Position numbers and translations under genes: made by a program
Notes under the pieces: generated by a model
Told to the model about the DNA's origin: nothing
The model's input: the letters and a program-made list of their open reading frames with translations, nothing else
The model's database searches: none
Shown: one piece after another, positions 35,115 through 42,881 of the stretch
Position numbering within the stretch: position 1 is the stretch's first letter
How the letters are laid out: every line of letters begins with the position of its first letter
Source: an uncultured Pseudomonadales bacterium
Lineage (GTDB): Bacteria; Patescibacteriota; Microgenomatia; UBA1400
Assembly: GCA_964589815.1 (NCBI GenBank)
Contig: CAZPUR010000003.1
Location: 42,554-106,553, forward strand
Direction of reading: 5' to 3'
DNA length: 64,000 bases

Positions 35115-35528
35115 ATGATTAAACGTTACAAGCATAAAACGCTTAAAAGAAAAATCAAGATCAGGGCCAAACTTTTGAAAATAGGTCGAAGACCCAGGTT
35201 ATCTGTTTTTCGTTCTAATAAATATATTTATGCCCAGATTATTGATGACCAAAAAGGAAAAACACTGGCGGCGGCTAGTGAAAAAGACATAAAAGAAAAC
35301 TCCAATCCGCCAGCTGGCGGACCAAAACTCCCCCGACCTCGCCTCGGCTCGGCCGAGGGCGGGCAAAACTCCAAGATTAACAGAGCGTTTCAGGTGGGTC
35401 AAATCTTGGCCAAGAAAGCCTTAAAAATAAAGATTAAAAAAGTATATTTTGACCGCGGCGGCTATAAATATCATGGCCTGATTAAAGCCTTAGCTGAGGG
35501 TGCCAGAAAAGGAGGACTGGAGTTCTAA
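35115..35528 (+). CDS. rplR: 50S ribosomal protein L18 (uL18) with a 23-codon GC-rich insertion
   Basis: RLSVFRSNKYIYAQIIDD and GGYKYHG motifs. Insertion NPPAGGPKLPRPRLGSAEGGQNS. Confidence 0.93.
   Translation: MIKRYKHKTLKRKIKIRAKLLKIGRRPRLSVFRSNKYIYAQIIDDQKGKTLAAASEKDIKENSNPPAGGPKLPRPRLGSAEGGQNSKINRAFQVGQILAKKALKIKIKKVYFDRGGYKYHGLIKALAEGARKGGLEF
35295..35371 (+). repeat. two adjacent GC palindromes, each bounded by the 8-nt direct repeat AAAACTCC (three copies)
   Basis: AAAACTCC at 35295, 35323 and 35364. Cores TCCGCCAGCTGGCGGA (35305-20) and CCCGACCTCGCCTCGGCTCGGCCGAGGGCGGG. Periods 28 + 41 = 69 nt. Confidence 0.85.
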
Positions 35529-35582
35529 TCCGCCAGCCTCGCTGAGCGGGGCCAGCTGGCAGACTAATTCCTAATTTCTAAA

Positions 35583-36071
35583 ATGCAAAGACAGAGACAG
35601 AGAGAATTTGATAATAAGCAATTCTGGGGCAAGAAGGAATTTGAAGAAAAGGTAGTTCAAGTTAAAAGAGTTTCAAAGAAAACTAAAGGCGGTAATCAAA
35701 TTAGATTTACAGCTTTGGTAGTAGCAGGGAATAAAAAGGGGAAGGTAGGCGTGGGCTTAGGTAAAGCCCCAGATGTTCTATCAGCCATTCAAAAAGGCAC
35801 CCGTTTAGCCAAAAAAAATCTGATTAATGTTCCTATACAAGCAGGAACCATCAGCCATGATGTTTATGTTAAAAGGGGGGCGGCTAAAGTTTTATTAAGG
35901 TCTGCGCCCGAGGGTACGGGTGTGATTGCTGGCGGGCCGGTAAGATATGTAGTTGAGGCAGCTGGAGTGAGGAATATTGTTTCTAAAATTTTAGGCACCA
36001 AAAATAAAGCTAGCAATATTTATGCCACTATAGAGGCATTGAAGCAGTTAAAGAGGAGAAAGGATAAATGA
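35583..36071 (+). CDS. rpsE: 30S ribosomal protein S5 (uS5)
   Basis: VVQVKRVSKKTKGGNQIRFTALVVAGN pattern. Confidence 0.95.
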   Translation: MQRQRQREFDNKQFWGKKEFEEKVVQVKRVSKKTKGGNQIRFTALVVAGNKKGKVGVGLGKAPDVLSAIQKGTRLAKKNLINVPIQAGTISHDVYVKRGAAKVLLRSAPEGTGVIAGGPVRYVVEAAGVRNIVSKILGTKNKASNIYATIEALKQLKRRKDK

Positions 36072-36700
36072 AACTCAACAAACTATCCCAAACAACCAAA
36101 ACAACCAAAAAAAGAGTTGGCCGCGGTTATGGTTCAGGCAAGGGCGGTCATACAGCTGGTCGAGGCCAGAAAGGCCAAAAATCACGAAGTAAAGTAGGCT
36201 TGCTTTTTGAAGGCACGAAAATGCGCAAGTCTTTAATCAGGCGTCTACCAATGCAGAGAGGCAAAGGTAAATTTAAGTCTTTTAAAAGCAAACCAATTAT
36301 TTTGAATGTTAAATATTTGAATCTTTTGAAAAGTGGGACTAAAGTAGATGTGGAAGTTTTAATTAAAGAAGGTTTGGTGGCCAAAGAAGCCTTAACCTTA
36401 GGAATGAAAATTCTAGGTGATGGGGTTTTAGAGAAGAAACTGACAGTAGTTTTGCCAGTTTCTCAGGGAGCCAAGAAAAAAATCGAAAAAGCTGGAGGCA
36501 AGGTGATAAACGCGAAAGACGCTAAAAAAAGAGAGGCGAAAAAACCTAAAATTCGTAAGCAGATTAAAAAATCACAAAAATCCTCAAAGACCAAAGAAAC
36601 CAGAACTACCCGAAAAAAACCAACCACAAAAACTAAAATAAAAAGAGGCAGTCCCGCCTTGACTCAGACTCGGCGAGGCAGGCAAAAAAAAACTAAATGA
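36068..36700 (+). CDS. rplO: 50S ribosomal protein L15 (uL15) with a long Lys-rich C-terminal extension
   Basis: [28 protein letters not shown] motif. Overlaps rpsE by 4 nt, so no rpmD between them. Confidence 0.93.
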   Translation: MKLNKLSQTTKTTKKRVGRGYGSGKGGHTAGRGQKGQKSRSKVGLLFEGTKMRKSLIRRLPMQRGKGKFKSFKSKPIILNVKYLNLLKSGTKVDVEVLIKEGLVAKEALTLGMKILGDGVLEKKLTVVLPVSQGAKKKIEKAGGKVINAKDAKKREAKKPKIRKQIKKSQKSSKTKETRTTRKKPTTKTKIKRGSPALTQTRRGRQKKTK

Positions 36701-37986
36701 ATCGCATTCTTCAGCCCATTATCAACGCCTTTAAGGTTTCCGAACTGAGAAAGAAAATTGTTTTTACCTTGCTAATGTTCATTGTTTTCAGGTTGACAGC
36801 CCATATTCCCGTTCCTGGAGTTGACCTGGAAGCTTTAAAAATGCTTTTTTCCCGTAATCAATTTTTAGGCCTTTTAGATATTTTCTCTGGCGGTACTTTA
36901 ACCAATTTTTCCATTATTGCCATCGGCCTTTCTCCCTATATTAACGCTTCCATTATTTTACAGCTTTTAACTATGGTTTTCCCCAAATTAGAAGAATTAA
37001 GTAAAGAGGGTGAATTAGGAAGAGAAAGAATTAATCAATACACTCGTTTTTTAACCATTCCTTTAGCTATTTTTCAGTCCGTGGGAATGATGGCGATTTT
37101 AAAAAAGCAGCAGATTTTTACCAGCTTAAATTTTCTCAATCTGGGTTTAATTGTGGTAACCATGACCAGCGGTTGTTTATTTTTAATGTGGTTAGGAGAA
37201 CTGATTACCCGTTATGGAATTGGTAACGGTATTTCTTTATTGATTTTTGGTGGGATTGTGGGTCGTCTACCGGTTTCTTTAGCGCAAACAGTTTCTTTAG
37301 TGGAAACAGTTAGTTTTTTTAATCTCTTGGTTTTTGTGGTTATGGCGATTGGGGTTATCGCCGCCATTTGTTTTGTCAATGAAGCCCAAAGGCAAATTAC
37401 AGTTTCTTATGCCCGCAGGGTTCAGGGCCGAAAGATGTATGGCGGTTCCAGTACTCATCTGCCTTTAAGAGTAAATCAAGCAGGAGTTATTCCTATTATT
37501 TTTGCTGTTTCTTTGGTCTTGATTCCCAATATGCTGGCCACTTGGTTGCAGACCTTGCCTAATCAAAAACTGGCCAATTTGGCCGTTTTTATGGCTCGGC
37601 TTTTTGATCCTCAAAGCCTTTTTTATAATCTTTTTTACTTTCTACTGGTAATTGCTTTTACTTATTTTTATACCGCCGTCACTTTTAATCCTGAAAAAAT
37701 CGCCGAAGAAATTAAAAAACATGGCGGTTTTATTCCAGGCATTAGACCCGGCAAACCTACGGCCGAGTACCTGAATTATATTTTAACCCGGATCACTTTG
37801 GCTGGCGCAGTTTTTTTAGGTCTGGTGGCGATTTTACCTTCTCTAGCCCGAGTTTTAACCGGCGTCACCACCATGATGATTGGCGGCACTGGTATTTTAA
37901 TCGTGGTTTCAGTCATTTTAGAAACCAGCAAATCTTTGGAAGCTCAACTTTTAATGAGAAATTATGATGGATTTTTAAAGGAGTAA
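36697..37986 (+). CDS. secY: preprotein translocase subunit SecY
   Basis: 429-aa polytopic protein with SecY motifs ([23 protein letters not shown]). Confidence 0.96.
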   Translation: MNRILQPIINAFKVSELRKKIVFTLLMFIVFRLTAHIPVPGVDLEALKMLFSRNQFLGLLDIFSGGTLTNFSIIAIGLSPYINASIILQLLTMVFPKLEELSKEGELGRERINQYTRFLTIPLAIFQSVGMMAILKKQQIFTSLNFLNLGLIVVTMTSGCLFLMWLGELITRYGIGNGISLLIFGGIVGRLPVSLAQTVSLVETVSFFNLLVFVVMAIGVIAAICFVNEAQRQITVSYARRVQGRKMYGGSSTHLPLRVNQAGVIPIIFAVSLVLIPNMLATWLQTLPNQKLANLAVFMARLFDPQSLFYNLFYFLLVIAFTYFYTAVTFNPEKIAEEIKKHGGFIPGIRPGKPTAEYLNYILTRITLAGAVFLGLVAILPSLARVLTGVTTMMIGGTGILIVVSVILETSKSLEAQLLMRNYDGFLKE

Positions 37987-38136
37987 ATTTTCAATTTTCA
38001 AATCCCAATTTTCATTGAATTTTCAAATCCCAATTTTCAAACTGCATTTAAAAAGATCAAAAAAGTTTGAGAATTAAAAAATTGTAAATTAATTATTCAT
38101 TGTAAATTGAAAATTGTTAAATTGAAAATTAAAATT
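37986..38136 (+). repeat. foldback spacer between secY and adk with (ATTTTCAAATCCCAATTTTCA)x2
   Basis: 37986-38001 pairs with 38122-38136 (15 bp, one bulged C at 37992) by manual pairing. The helix base joins the last nt of the secY TAA to nt -1 of the adk ATG. Confidence 0.75.
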
Positions 38137-38727
38137 ATGTACATAATTTTCTACGGTCCTGAAGGTTCAGGTAAAACCACCCAGGCCAAATTGCTGGCCG
38201 AAAAATTAAACCTGCCTTATTTAGGTTCAGGCGATTTAGTCCGCCATTATGCTGCCCGGGATAAAGGCATTATGGGTGATGTTTGCCGCGAAGCCTTATC
38301 CATCGGCCATTATGTGCCTGATTCAGAAATGTTTGTTTTATGGAAACAGCGTTTAAAAGAGTCGGATGTCCAAAGTGGTTGGATTTTAGATGGTTTCCCG
38401 CGCAACGACACTCAAGCAGATTTTTTAGATGATAAATTAGATAAATATGGAAAAAAAGTAGATGCGGTTTTTTATATCAAAGTTAAGGAGAGTACTTCGA
38501 TTAAACGTCTGACCAAACGCGGCCGCCGCAATCCGGATGGCAGTTTACATGATGATCCTAAAAAAGTCCGGGAGAGACTGCGGATTTATAAAAAGGGCGA
38601 AAAGGGTGTTTTAGATTTATATAAGAAAAGAGGCGTCTTGTATGCTATTGATGGCGAGCCCAGCATTGAGCAGATTCACAAAGAGGTTTTACAGAGGGTA
38701 GAAAAACTGACTCTGGCGTCATCCTGA
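38137..38727 (+). CDS. adk: adenylate kinase
   Basis: MYIIFYGPEGSGKTTQAKLLAEKL P-loop start. The caller's TTG at 38107 lies in the repeat arm. Confidence 0.92.
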   Translation: MYIIFYGPEGSGKTTQAKLLAEKLNLPYLGSGDLVRHYAARDKGIMGDVCREALSIGHYVPDSEMFVLWKQRLKESDVQSGWILDGFPRNDTQADFLDDKLDKYGKKVDAVFYIKVKESTSIKRLTKRGRRNPDGSLHDDPKKVRERLRIYKKGEKGVLDLYKKRGVLYAIDGEPSIEQIHKEVLQRVEKLTLASS

Positions 38728-38743
38728 GCGCAGCGTAGGATCT
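38718..38743. repeat. GTCATCCTGAGCGCAGCGTAGGATCT repeat overlapping the adk stop codon
   Basis: The adk TGA (38725-27) is the TGA inside the GTCATCCTGA motif. Confidence 0.75.
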
Positions 38744-38745
38744 AT

Positions 38746-39444
38746 ATGAAAATTCTTAAAAAAAACTTACAAATCGCTATTGATGGATTAGTTGGCGCCG
38801 GCAAAAGTGTCGGCGCTCATCGTTTGGCCCAACGTTTAGGGATTTTGTATGTTTATACTGGCGCCATGTATCGGGCGACTGCTCTTTTAGGCATTCAAAA
38901 CAACACTGATCTTAAAGACGAAGCCAAACTTATAGCTTTGTTAAAAAAAAGCACCATTAAACTAATGCCTGCTTCCAAAAAAAGCCGGGTTTGCGATGTT
39001 TTTATTGACGCTAAGGACGTGACCGATGAACTCTTTTCTTCTCAAGTGAATTGGGGATCTTCAGTCGTAGGTCTTTTGCCCAGGGTAAGAAAATATTTGG
39101 TTAAACTTCAGCAGGAAATTGCTAAAGGTCAGGCAGTGGTCATGGAGGGCAGAGATATTACCACCGTAGTTTTGCCCCAAGCTGACCTCAAAATTTTTCT
39201 GACAGCTGAGCTTAAAATTAGAGCCAAAAGAAGACTTAAAGACTTGCGCCAAAGAGGAGAAAAAAAGACCTTAGAACAAGTGATTGAGGAAACAGTTAAA
39301 AGAGATTACCAAGATTCGCACCGTCAAGCTGATCCCCTAAGAATTGTCAAAGGCGCTTGGGTTTTAGACACTAGCAACCTTACCATTGATCAAGAAGTAG
39401 ATCTGATGATCAAACGCCTAAAAGCCAAGAAACTAGTTAGTTAG
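38746..39444 (+). CDS. cmk: cytidylate kinase
   Basis: IAIDGLVGAGKSVGAHRLAQRLG and GRDITTVV motifs. Confidence 0.9.
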   Translation: MKILKKNLQIAIDGLVGAGKSVGAHRLAQRLGILYVYTGAMYRATALLGIQNNTDLKDEAKLIALLKKSTIKLMPASKKSRVCDVFIDAKDVTDELFSSQVNWGSSVVGLLPRVRKYLVKLQQEIAKGQAVVMEGRDITTVVLPQADLKIFLTAELKIRAKRRLKDLRQRGEKKTLEQVIEETVKRDYQDSHRQADPLRIVKGAWVLDTSNLTIDQEVDLMIKRLKAKKLVS

Positions 39445-39445
39445 C

Positions 39446-40246
39446 ATGAAAATTCCTATAAAAACTCCTCAGCAAATTCAAATTATGAAGCAAGGTGGCT
39501 ATAAGCTGGGTCGGATTTTAGGTCAGCTAGTTAAAATGGCCCAGCCTGGAGTTAACCTTTTAGATATTGAAAAAAAAGCGATGGTTTTAATTAAAAAAAC
39601 TGGAGGAGAAGCTGGATTTGCCCGGGTACCTAATTATCATTGGGCCACTTGCCTTAATATTAATGAGGAAATTGTTCATGGTGTTCCTAAAGATTATTTA
39701 CTTAAAAGCGGTGATGTTTTAAATATAGACATTGGTTTATATTACCGAGGCTTTAATACAGATATGAGCAGTACCATTTATATAAAAAATCCTCGTCATC
39801 CTGAACTCGTTTCAAGATCTATAAAAAAATTCCTTTCTACTGGTAAAAAAGCTCTCCAAGAAGCTATCAAACAAGCTCAACCTGGCAATCGGGTCGGTCA
39901 TATTTCCCAAAAAATTCAAGAGATTATAGAAGGAGCTGGTTATTCTTGCGCCCGTACTCTTACTGGCCATGGAATTGGCAAACAATTGCATCAGCCGCCT
40001 TCGATTCCCTGTTTTCTTAGGGATTCAATAGAAGAAACGCCCATTTTAAAAGAAAAAATGGCTCTGGCAATTGAGGTGATTTATTGTCTGGGAAAACCAG
40101 AGTTAGTGATTGATCCTCAAGATAGATGGACAATTAGAACCAAAGATGGTCGGTTAACGGCAGTTTTTGAAAAAACTATCGCTGTAACTGAAAAAGGGCC
40201 AGTAATTATCACTCCGTTTGAGGGAAAAGAGTCCCATAATATTTAA
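39446..40246 (+). CDS. map: type I methionine aminopeptidase with a 13-codon repeat-derived insertion
   Basis: VHGVP, DIGLYYRGFNTDMS, GHGIG and AIEV metal-site motifs. Confidence 0.94.
   Translation: MKIPIKTPQQIQIMKQGGYKLGRILGQLVKMAQPGVNLLDIEKKAMVLIKKTGGEAGFARVPNYHWATCLNINEEIVHGVPKDYLLKSGDVLNIDIGLYYRGFNTDMSSTIYIKNPRHPELVSRSIKKFLSTGKKALQEAIKQAQPGNRVGHISQKIQEIIEGAGYSCARTLTGHGIGKQLHQPPSIPCFLRDSIEETPILKEKMALAIEVIYCLGKPELVIDPQDRWTIRTKDGRLTAVFEKTIAVTEKGPVIITPFEGKESHNI
39781..39830 (+). repeat. GTCATCCTGAACTCGTTTCAAGATC element flanked by the direct repeat TATAAAAAA, in-frame in map
   Basis: Direct repeats at 39781-89 and 39820-28, period 39 nt. Encodes NPRHPELVSRSIK. Confidence 0.85.
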
Positions 40247-40283
40247 CAGAAGGTAGAGTTGGGATATAATATATTTTATTATT

Positions 40284-40454
40284 ATGGAAGAAAAGATAAA
40301 AATAAGGAGTTCCCTTACTCTTCATGCTCCAGAAGGTAACGTAAAAACAGTTCCTATAAGAGAAGGGGGTTTAAAATGGTTGGCCCAAGCAGCTGATAAG
40401 AGGATGCAAAGATTGCGTGATGAGGGGGCAACTCCTGAAAGCAATCCTTTTTAG
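40284..40454 (+). CDS. hypothetical 56-aa protein (possibly the 5' part of a frameshifted gene)
   Basis: Own translation MEEKIKIRSSLTLHAPEGNVKTVPIREGGLKWLAQAADKRMQRLRDEGATPESNPF. TATAAT at 40265-70 upstream. Below the ORF-track size cutoff. Confidence 0.4.
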   Translation: MEEKIKIRSSLTLHAPEGNVKTVPIREGGLKWLAQAADKRMQRLRDEGATPESNPF

Positions 40455-40498
40455 AAGATTTAAATAGCCTTATACATGTAAGTGGGCAGCCGTTTCCT

Positions 40499-40753
40499 TT
40501 GGAACCACTTGAACCCTCAGGGGAAGAGATATTTGTAGAGAAAGCAGTAAATATTGTTGGTGAAGTAATGGCAGTAATAGAATCAGTTGATGATTCAACT
40601 CTTCCTAAATGGCAAAGAGCGCTTTTAAAAACACCAGAAGGAGAAGAGCAACTTCGAGACTTAAAAATTCAGGCTTTTGACCAGATGGCTAGTTTAATTA
40701 GAGAGGGTCTTGGGCTTAGTGAAGGAGAGAGTATTTTGGAGCTGTTGGATTAA
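40499..40753 (+). CDS. hypothetical acidic 84-aa protein (frame is open upstream to 40443)
   Basis: ORF-track entry with a TTG start and no SD. Its frame is the -1 frame of ORF 40284..40454 and opens 12 nt before that ORF's stop. Confidence 0.4.
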   Translation: MEPLEPSGEEIFVEKAVNIVGEVMAVIESVDDSTLPKWQRALLKTPEGEEQLRDLKIQAFDQMASLIREGLGLSEGESILELLD

Positions 40754-40860
40754 GACTAATTATATTCAAGCTATCAGGCTAGACAATTAGAGCCACTTCT
40801 GATAAAATAACCCTGTTATTATAAACCATCGCTATTATGGTGATGGTTGTTTAGTTTTGC

Positions 40861-40889
40861 TTGTTAACAGGCTAATTTTTTGCTAAAAT
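40861..40889 (+). promoter_or_regulatory. putative infA promoter (TTGTTA, 17 nt, extended -10 TGcTAAAAT)
   Basis: The -10 ends 11 nt before the ATG at 40901. Confidence 0.5.
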
Positions 40890-40900
40890 AGTTTCAATTT

Positions 40901-41119
40901 ATGTCACAACCCAAAGGAGAAGTAGTTGAAGGCGAAGTTTTAGAAGCTTTGCCTAATGCTATGTTTCGGGTTAAAACGACCGAAGGACAATTGTTGCTTT
41001 GTACTTTATCAGGCAAAATGAGAATTAATCGGATTCGGGTTTTGCCTGGAGATCAAGTCAAGCTGGAAACTACTCCTTATGATGAAACTAGGGGTAGAAT
41101 TGTTTATAGAACCAAGTAA
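40901..41119 (+). CDS. infA: translation initiation factor IF-1
   Basis: [33 protein letters not shown]...[12 protein letters not shown] (S1-like IF-1 pattern). Confidence 0.96.
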   Translation: MSQPKGEVVEGEVLEALPNAMFRVKTTEGQLLLCTLSGKMRINRIRVLPGDQVKLETTPYDETRGRIVYRTK

Positions 41120-41253
41120 ATATAGTTATTAAGTGGTTGATTAGCTCGCAACGCTCGCGTTAATTAGGTAGTTAATCCTATCAATCAACATGATCCGCCA
41201 GCTGGCGGAGAATAAATTAACTATCAATAAACAACTTAATCAACTAAAAAATC
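41120..41253 (+). repeat. foldback spacer, TTAAGTAGTTGATTA family, second full copy
   Basis: 41177-41251 is identical to 33015-33089. Lacks ~18 nt present in the other copy. Ends at the rpmJ ATG. Confidence 0.85.
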
Positions 41254-41367
41254 ATGAAAGTCAAAGCCTCAGTTAAAAAACGATGTAAAAAATGTAAGGT
41301 AGTAAAGCGCCGCGGCCGCATTTATATTGTTTGTAGTAATAAGCGCCATAAGCAAAGACAAGGATAA
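41254..41367 (+). CDS. rpmJ: 50S ribosomal protein L36 (bL36)
   Basis: Absent from the ORF track (37 aa). Own translation [37 protein letters not shown]. Confidence 0.95.
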   Translation: MKVKASVKKRCKKCKVVKRRGRIYIVCSNKRHKQRQG

Positions 41368-41463
41368 AAAAGAGAAATAAGAAATAAGTTCATTAAGTTA
41401 TTAAGTTAATAGTAAAAGAAAAAAATTACTAATAACCAATAACCTGTTGAACCAATAACTAAT
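41368..41463 (+). repeat. foldback spacer, GTTCATTAAGTTCAT family copy A3
   Basis: GTTATTA pairs perfectly with TAATAAC where copy A2 has GTTCAT/ATAAC with a bulged C. Ends ...ATAACTAATT at the rpsM TTG. Confidence 0.75.
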
Positions 41464-41883
41464 TTGCCTAGAATATCCGGGGTTAACTTACCAGAACAGA
41501 AAAAAATAAAAATTGCTTTACAAAGCATTTATGGTATTGGTAAAAAAAATAGTTTTTTAGTTCTTAATCAAGCCCAAATAGACCCGGAGAAAAGAACTGA
41601 AGATTTAAATGATCAAGATATGGTGAGATTGCAAAAAGCGGTCGAAGCCATTCCTATGGAGGGAGCTTTAAGGAAAGTGGTCATGGAGAATATTAAACGG
41701 CTTAAACAAATAAATACTTATCGAGGTTTAAGACATGTGGCCAACCTGCCGGTTCGAGGACAAAGGACTCGTGTTAACGCTAGAACCAAAAGGGGCAAAA
41801 GAGTTACTGTGGGAGCGATGAAAAAAGAATTAGCCCAAAAACTAGAAGGAGCCCGGAAAATTAAAGGCCAGGAGGAGAAATAA
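41464..41883 (+). CDS. rpsM: 30S ribosomal protein S13 (uS13), TTG start
   Basis: (M)[25 protein letters not shown] is the canonical N-terminus. Confidence 0.95.
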   Translation: MPRISGVNLPEQKKIKIALQSIYGIGKKNSFLVLNQAQIDPEKRTEDLNDQDMVRLQKAVEAIPMEGALRKVVMENIKRLKQINTYRGLRHVANLPVRGQRTRVNARTKRGKRVTVGAMKKELAQKLEGARKIKGQEEK

Positions 41884-42245
41884 TGGAAAGAAAAGCTAGA
41901 ATTGAGAAAGGCAGAATTTATATCAATGCTACTTTTAACAACACTTTAATCACGGTGACTGATGATAAAGGGAATACCATTGTTTGGGGTTCAGCAGGAA
42001 CGGCTGGTTTTAAAGGAGCGAGAAAATCAACTCCTTTTGCCGCCATTAGTGCCATAGAAAAAGTTATCAAAAAAGCCACCAGCGCTGGTCTAAATCAAGC
42101 CCAGTGCTTTATTAAAGGGCCAGGTTCGGGAAGAGATGCAGCCTTAAGGGTTTTAAGAGGCAGCGGTATCAGAATTTCTATGATTGCCGATGTTACTCCT
42201 ATTCCTCATAATGGCTGCCGACCTAAGAAAAGGAGAAGGGTCTAA
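41883..42245 (+). CDS. rpsK: 30S ribosomal protein S11 (uS11)
   Basis: [18 protein letters not shown] and [13 protein letters not shown] motifs. Confidence 0.96.
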   Translation: MERKARIEKGRIYINATFNNTLITVTDDKGNTIVWGSAGTAGFKGARKSTPFAAISAIEKVIKKATSAGLNQAQCFIKGPGSGRDAALRVLRGSGIRISMIADVTPIPHNGCRPKKRRRV

Positions 42246-42865
42246 TGGCTAAATATACAGACGCAAAATGTAGACTTTGTCGCCGCGAAGGCGAAAAATT
42301 GTTCTTAAAAGGCGAACGTTGTTATTCTACCAAGTGCCCGATTGAAAAAAAAGGAGCGGTATCCCCAGGAGTTCACGGTCCTAGAAGAAGGGGTAAAGTT
42401 TCAGAATACGGTCTTCAATTAAGAGAAAAACAGAAGGCCAAAAGAACTTATGGGATTTTAGAAAGACAATTTAAAAATTATTTTAAAAAATCCTCTACTC
42501 AGAAAAAAGATACTGGTTTGAGATTACTACAGCTGTTGGAGACTAGGTTGGATAATGTGGTGTTTCGGGGCGGGTTGCTTTTTTCTCGCTCTTCGGCTCG
42601 GCAGGTAATCCGTCATGGTTTTTGTTTGGTAGATGGTAAAAAAGTAGATATACCTAGTTTCTCAGCTAAGCCAAGCCAGATAGTTAGCTTGAACTCCAAA
42701 GGATTAAAAATTAAAGAGGTCAAAAGCGCTTTGGCCGCTAAAATTGATATTCCTAAATGGTTAAAAAGAAAAGCCGCTCTGGTTAAAGTTGAGCGCCTGC
42801 CAGAAAGAGAAGAAATGGAAAAAAATATTAATGAACAATTAATTATTGAGTTTTATTCTCGATAA
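42245..42865 (+). CDS. rpsD: 30S ribosomal protein S4 (uS4)
   Basis: AKYTDAKCRLCRREGEKLFLKGERC start. S4 RNA-binding domain. Confidence 0.96.
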   Translation: MAKYTDAKCRLCRREGEKLFLKGERCYSTKCPIEKKGAVSPGVHGPRRRGKVSEYGLQLREKQKAKRTYGILERQFKNYFKKSSTQKKDTGLRLLQLLETRLDNVVFRGGLLFSRSSARQVIRHGFCLVDGKKVDIPSFSAKPSQIVSLNSKGLKIKEVKSALAAKIDIPKWLKRKAALVKVERLPEREEMEKNINEQLIIEFYSR

Positions 42866-42881
42866 AAAGAAGGAGGTTTAA

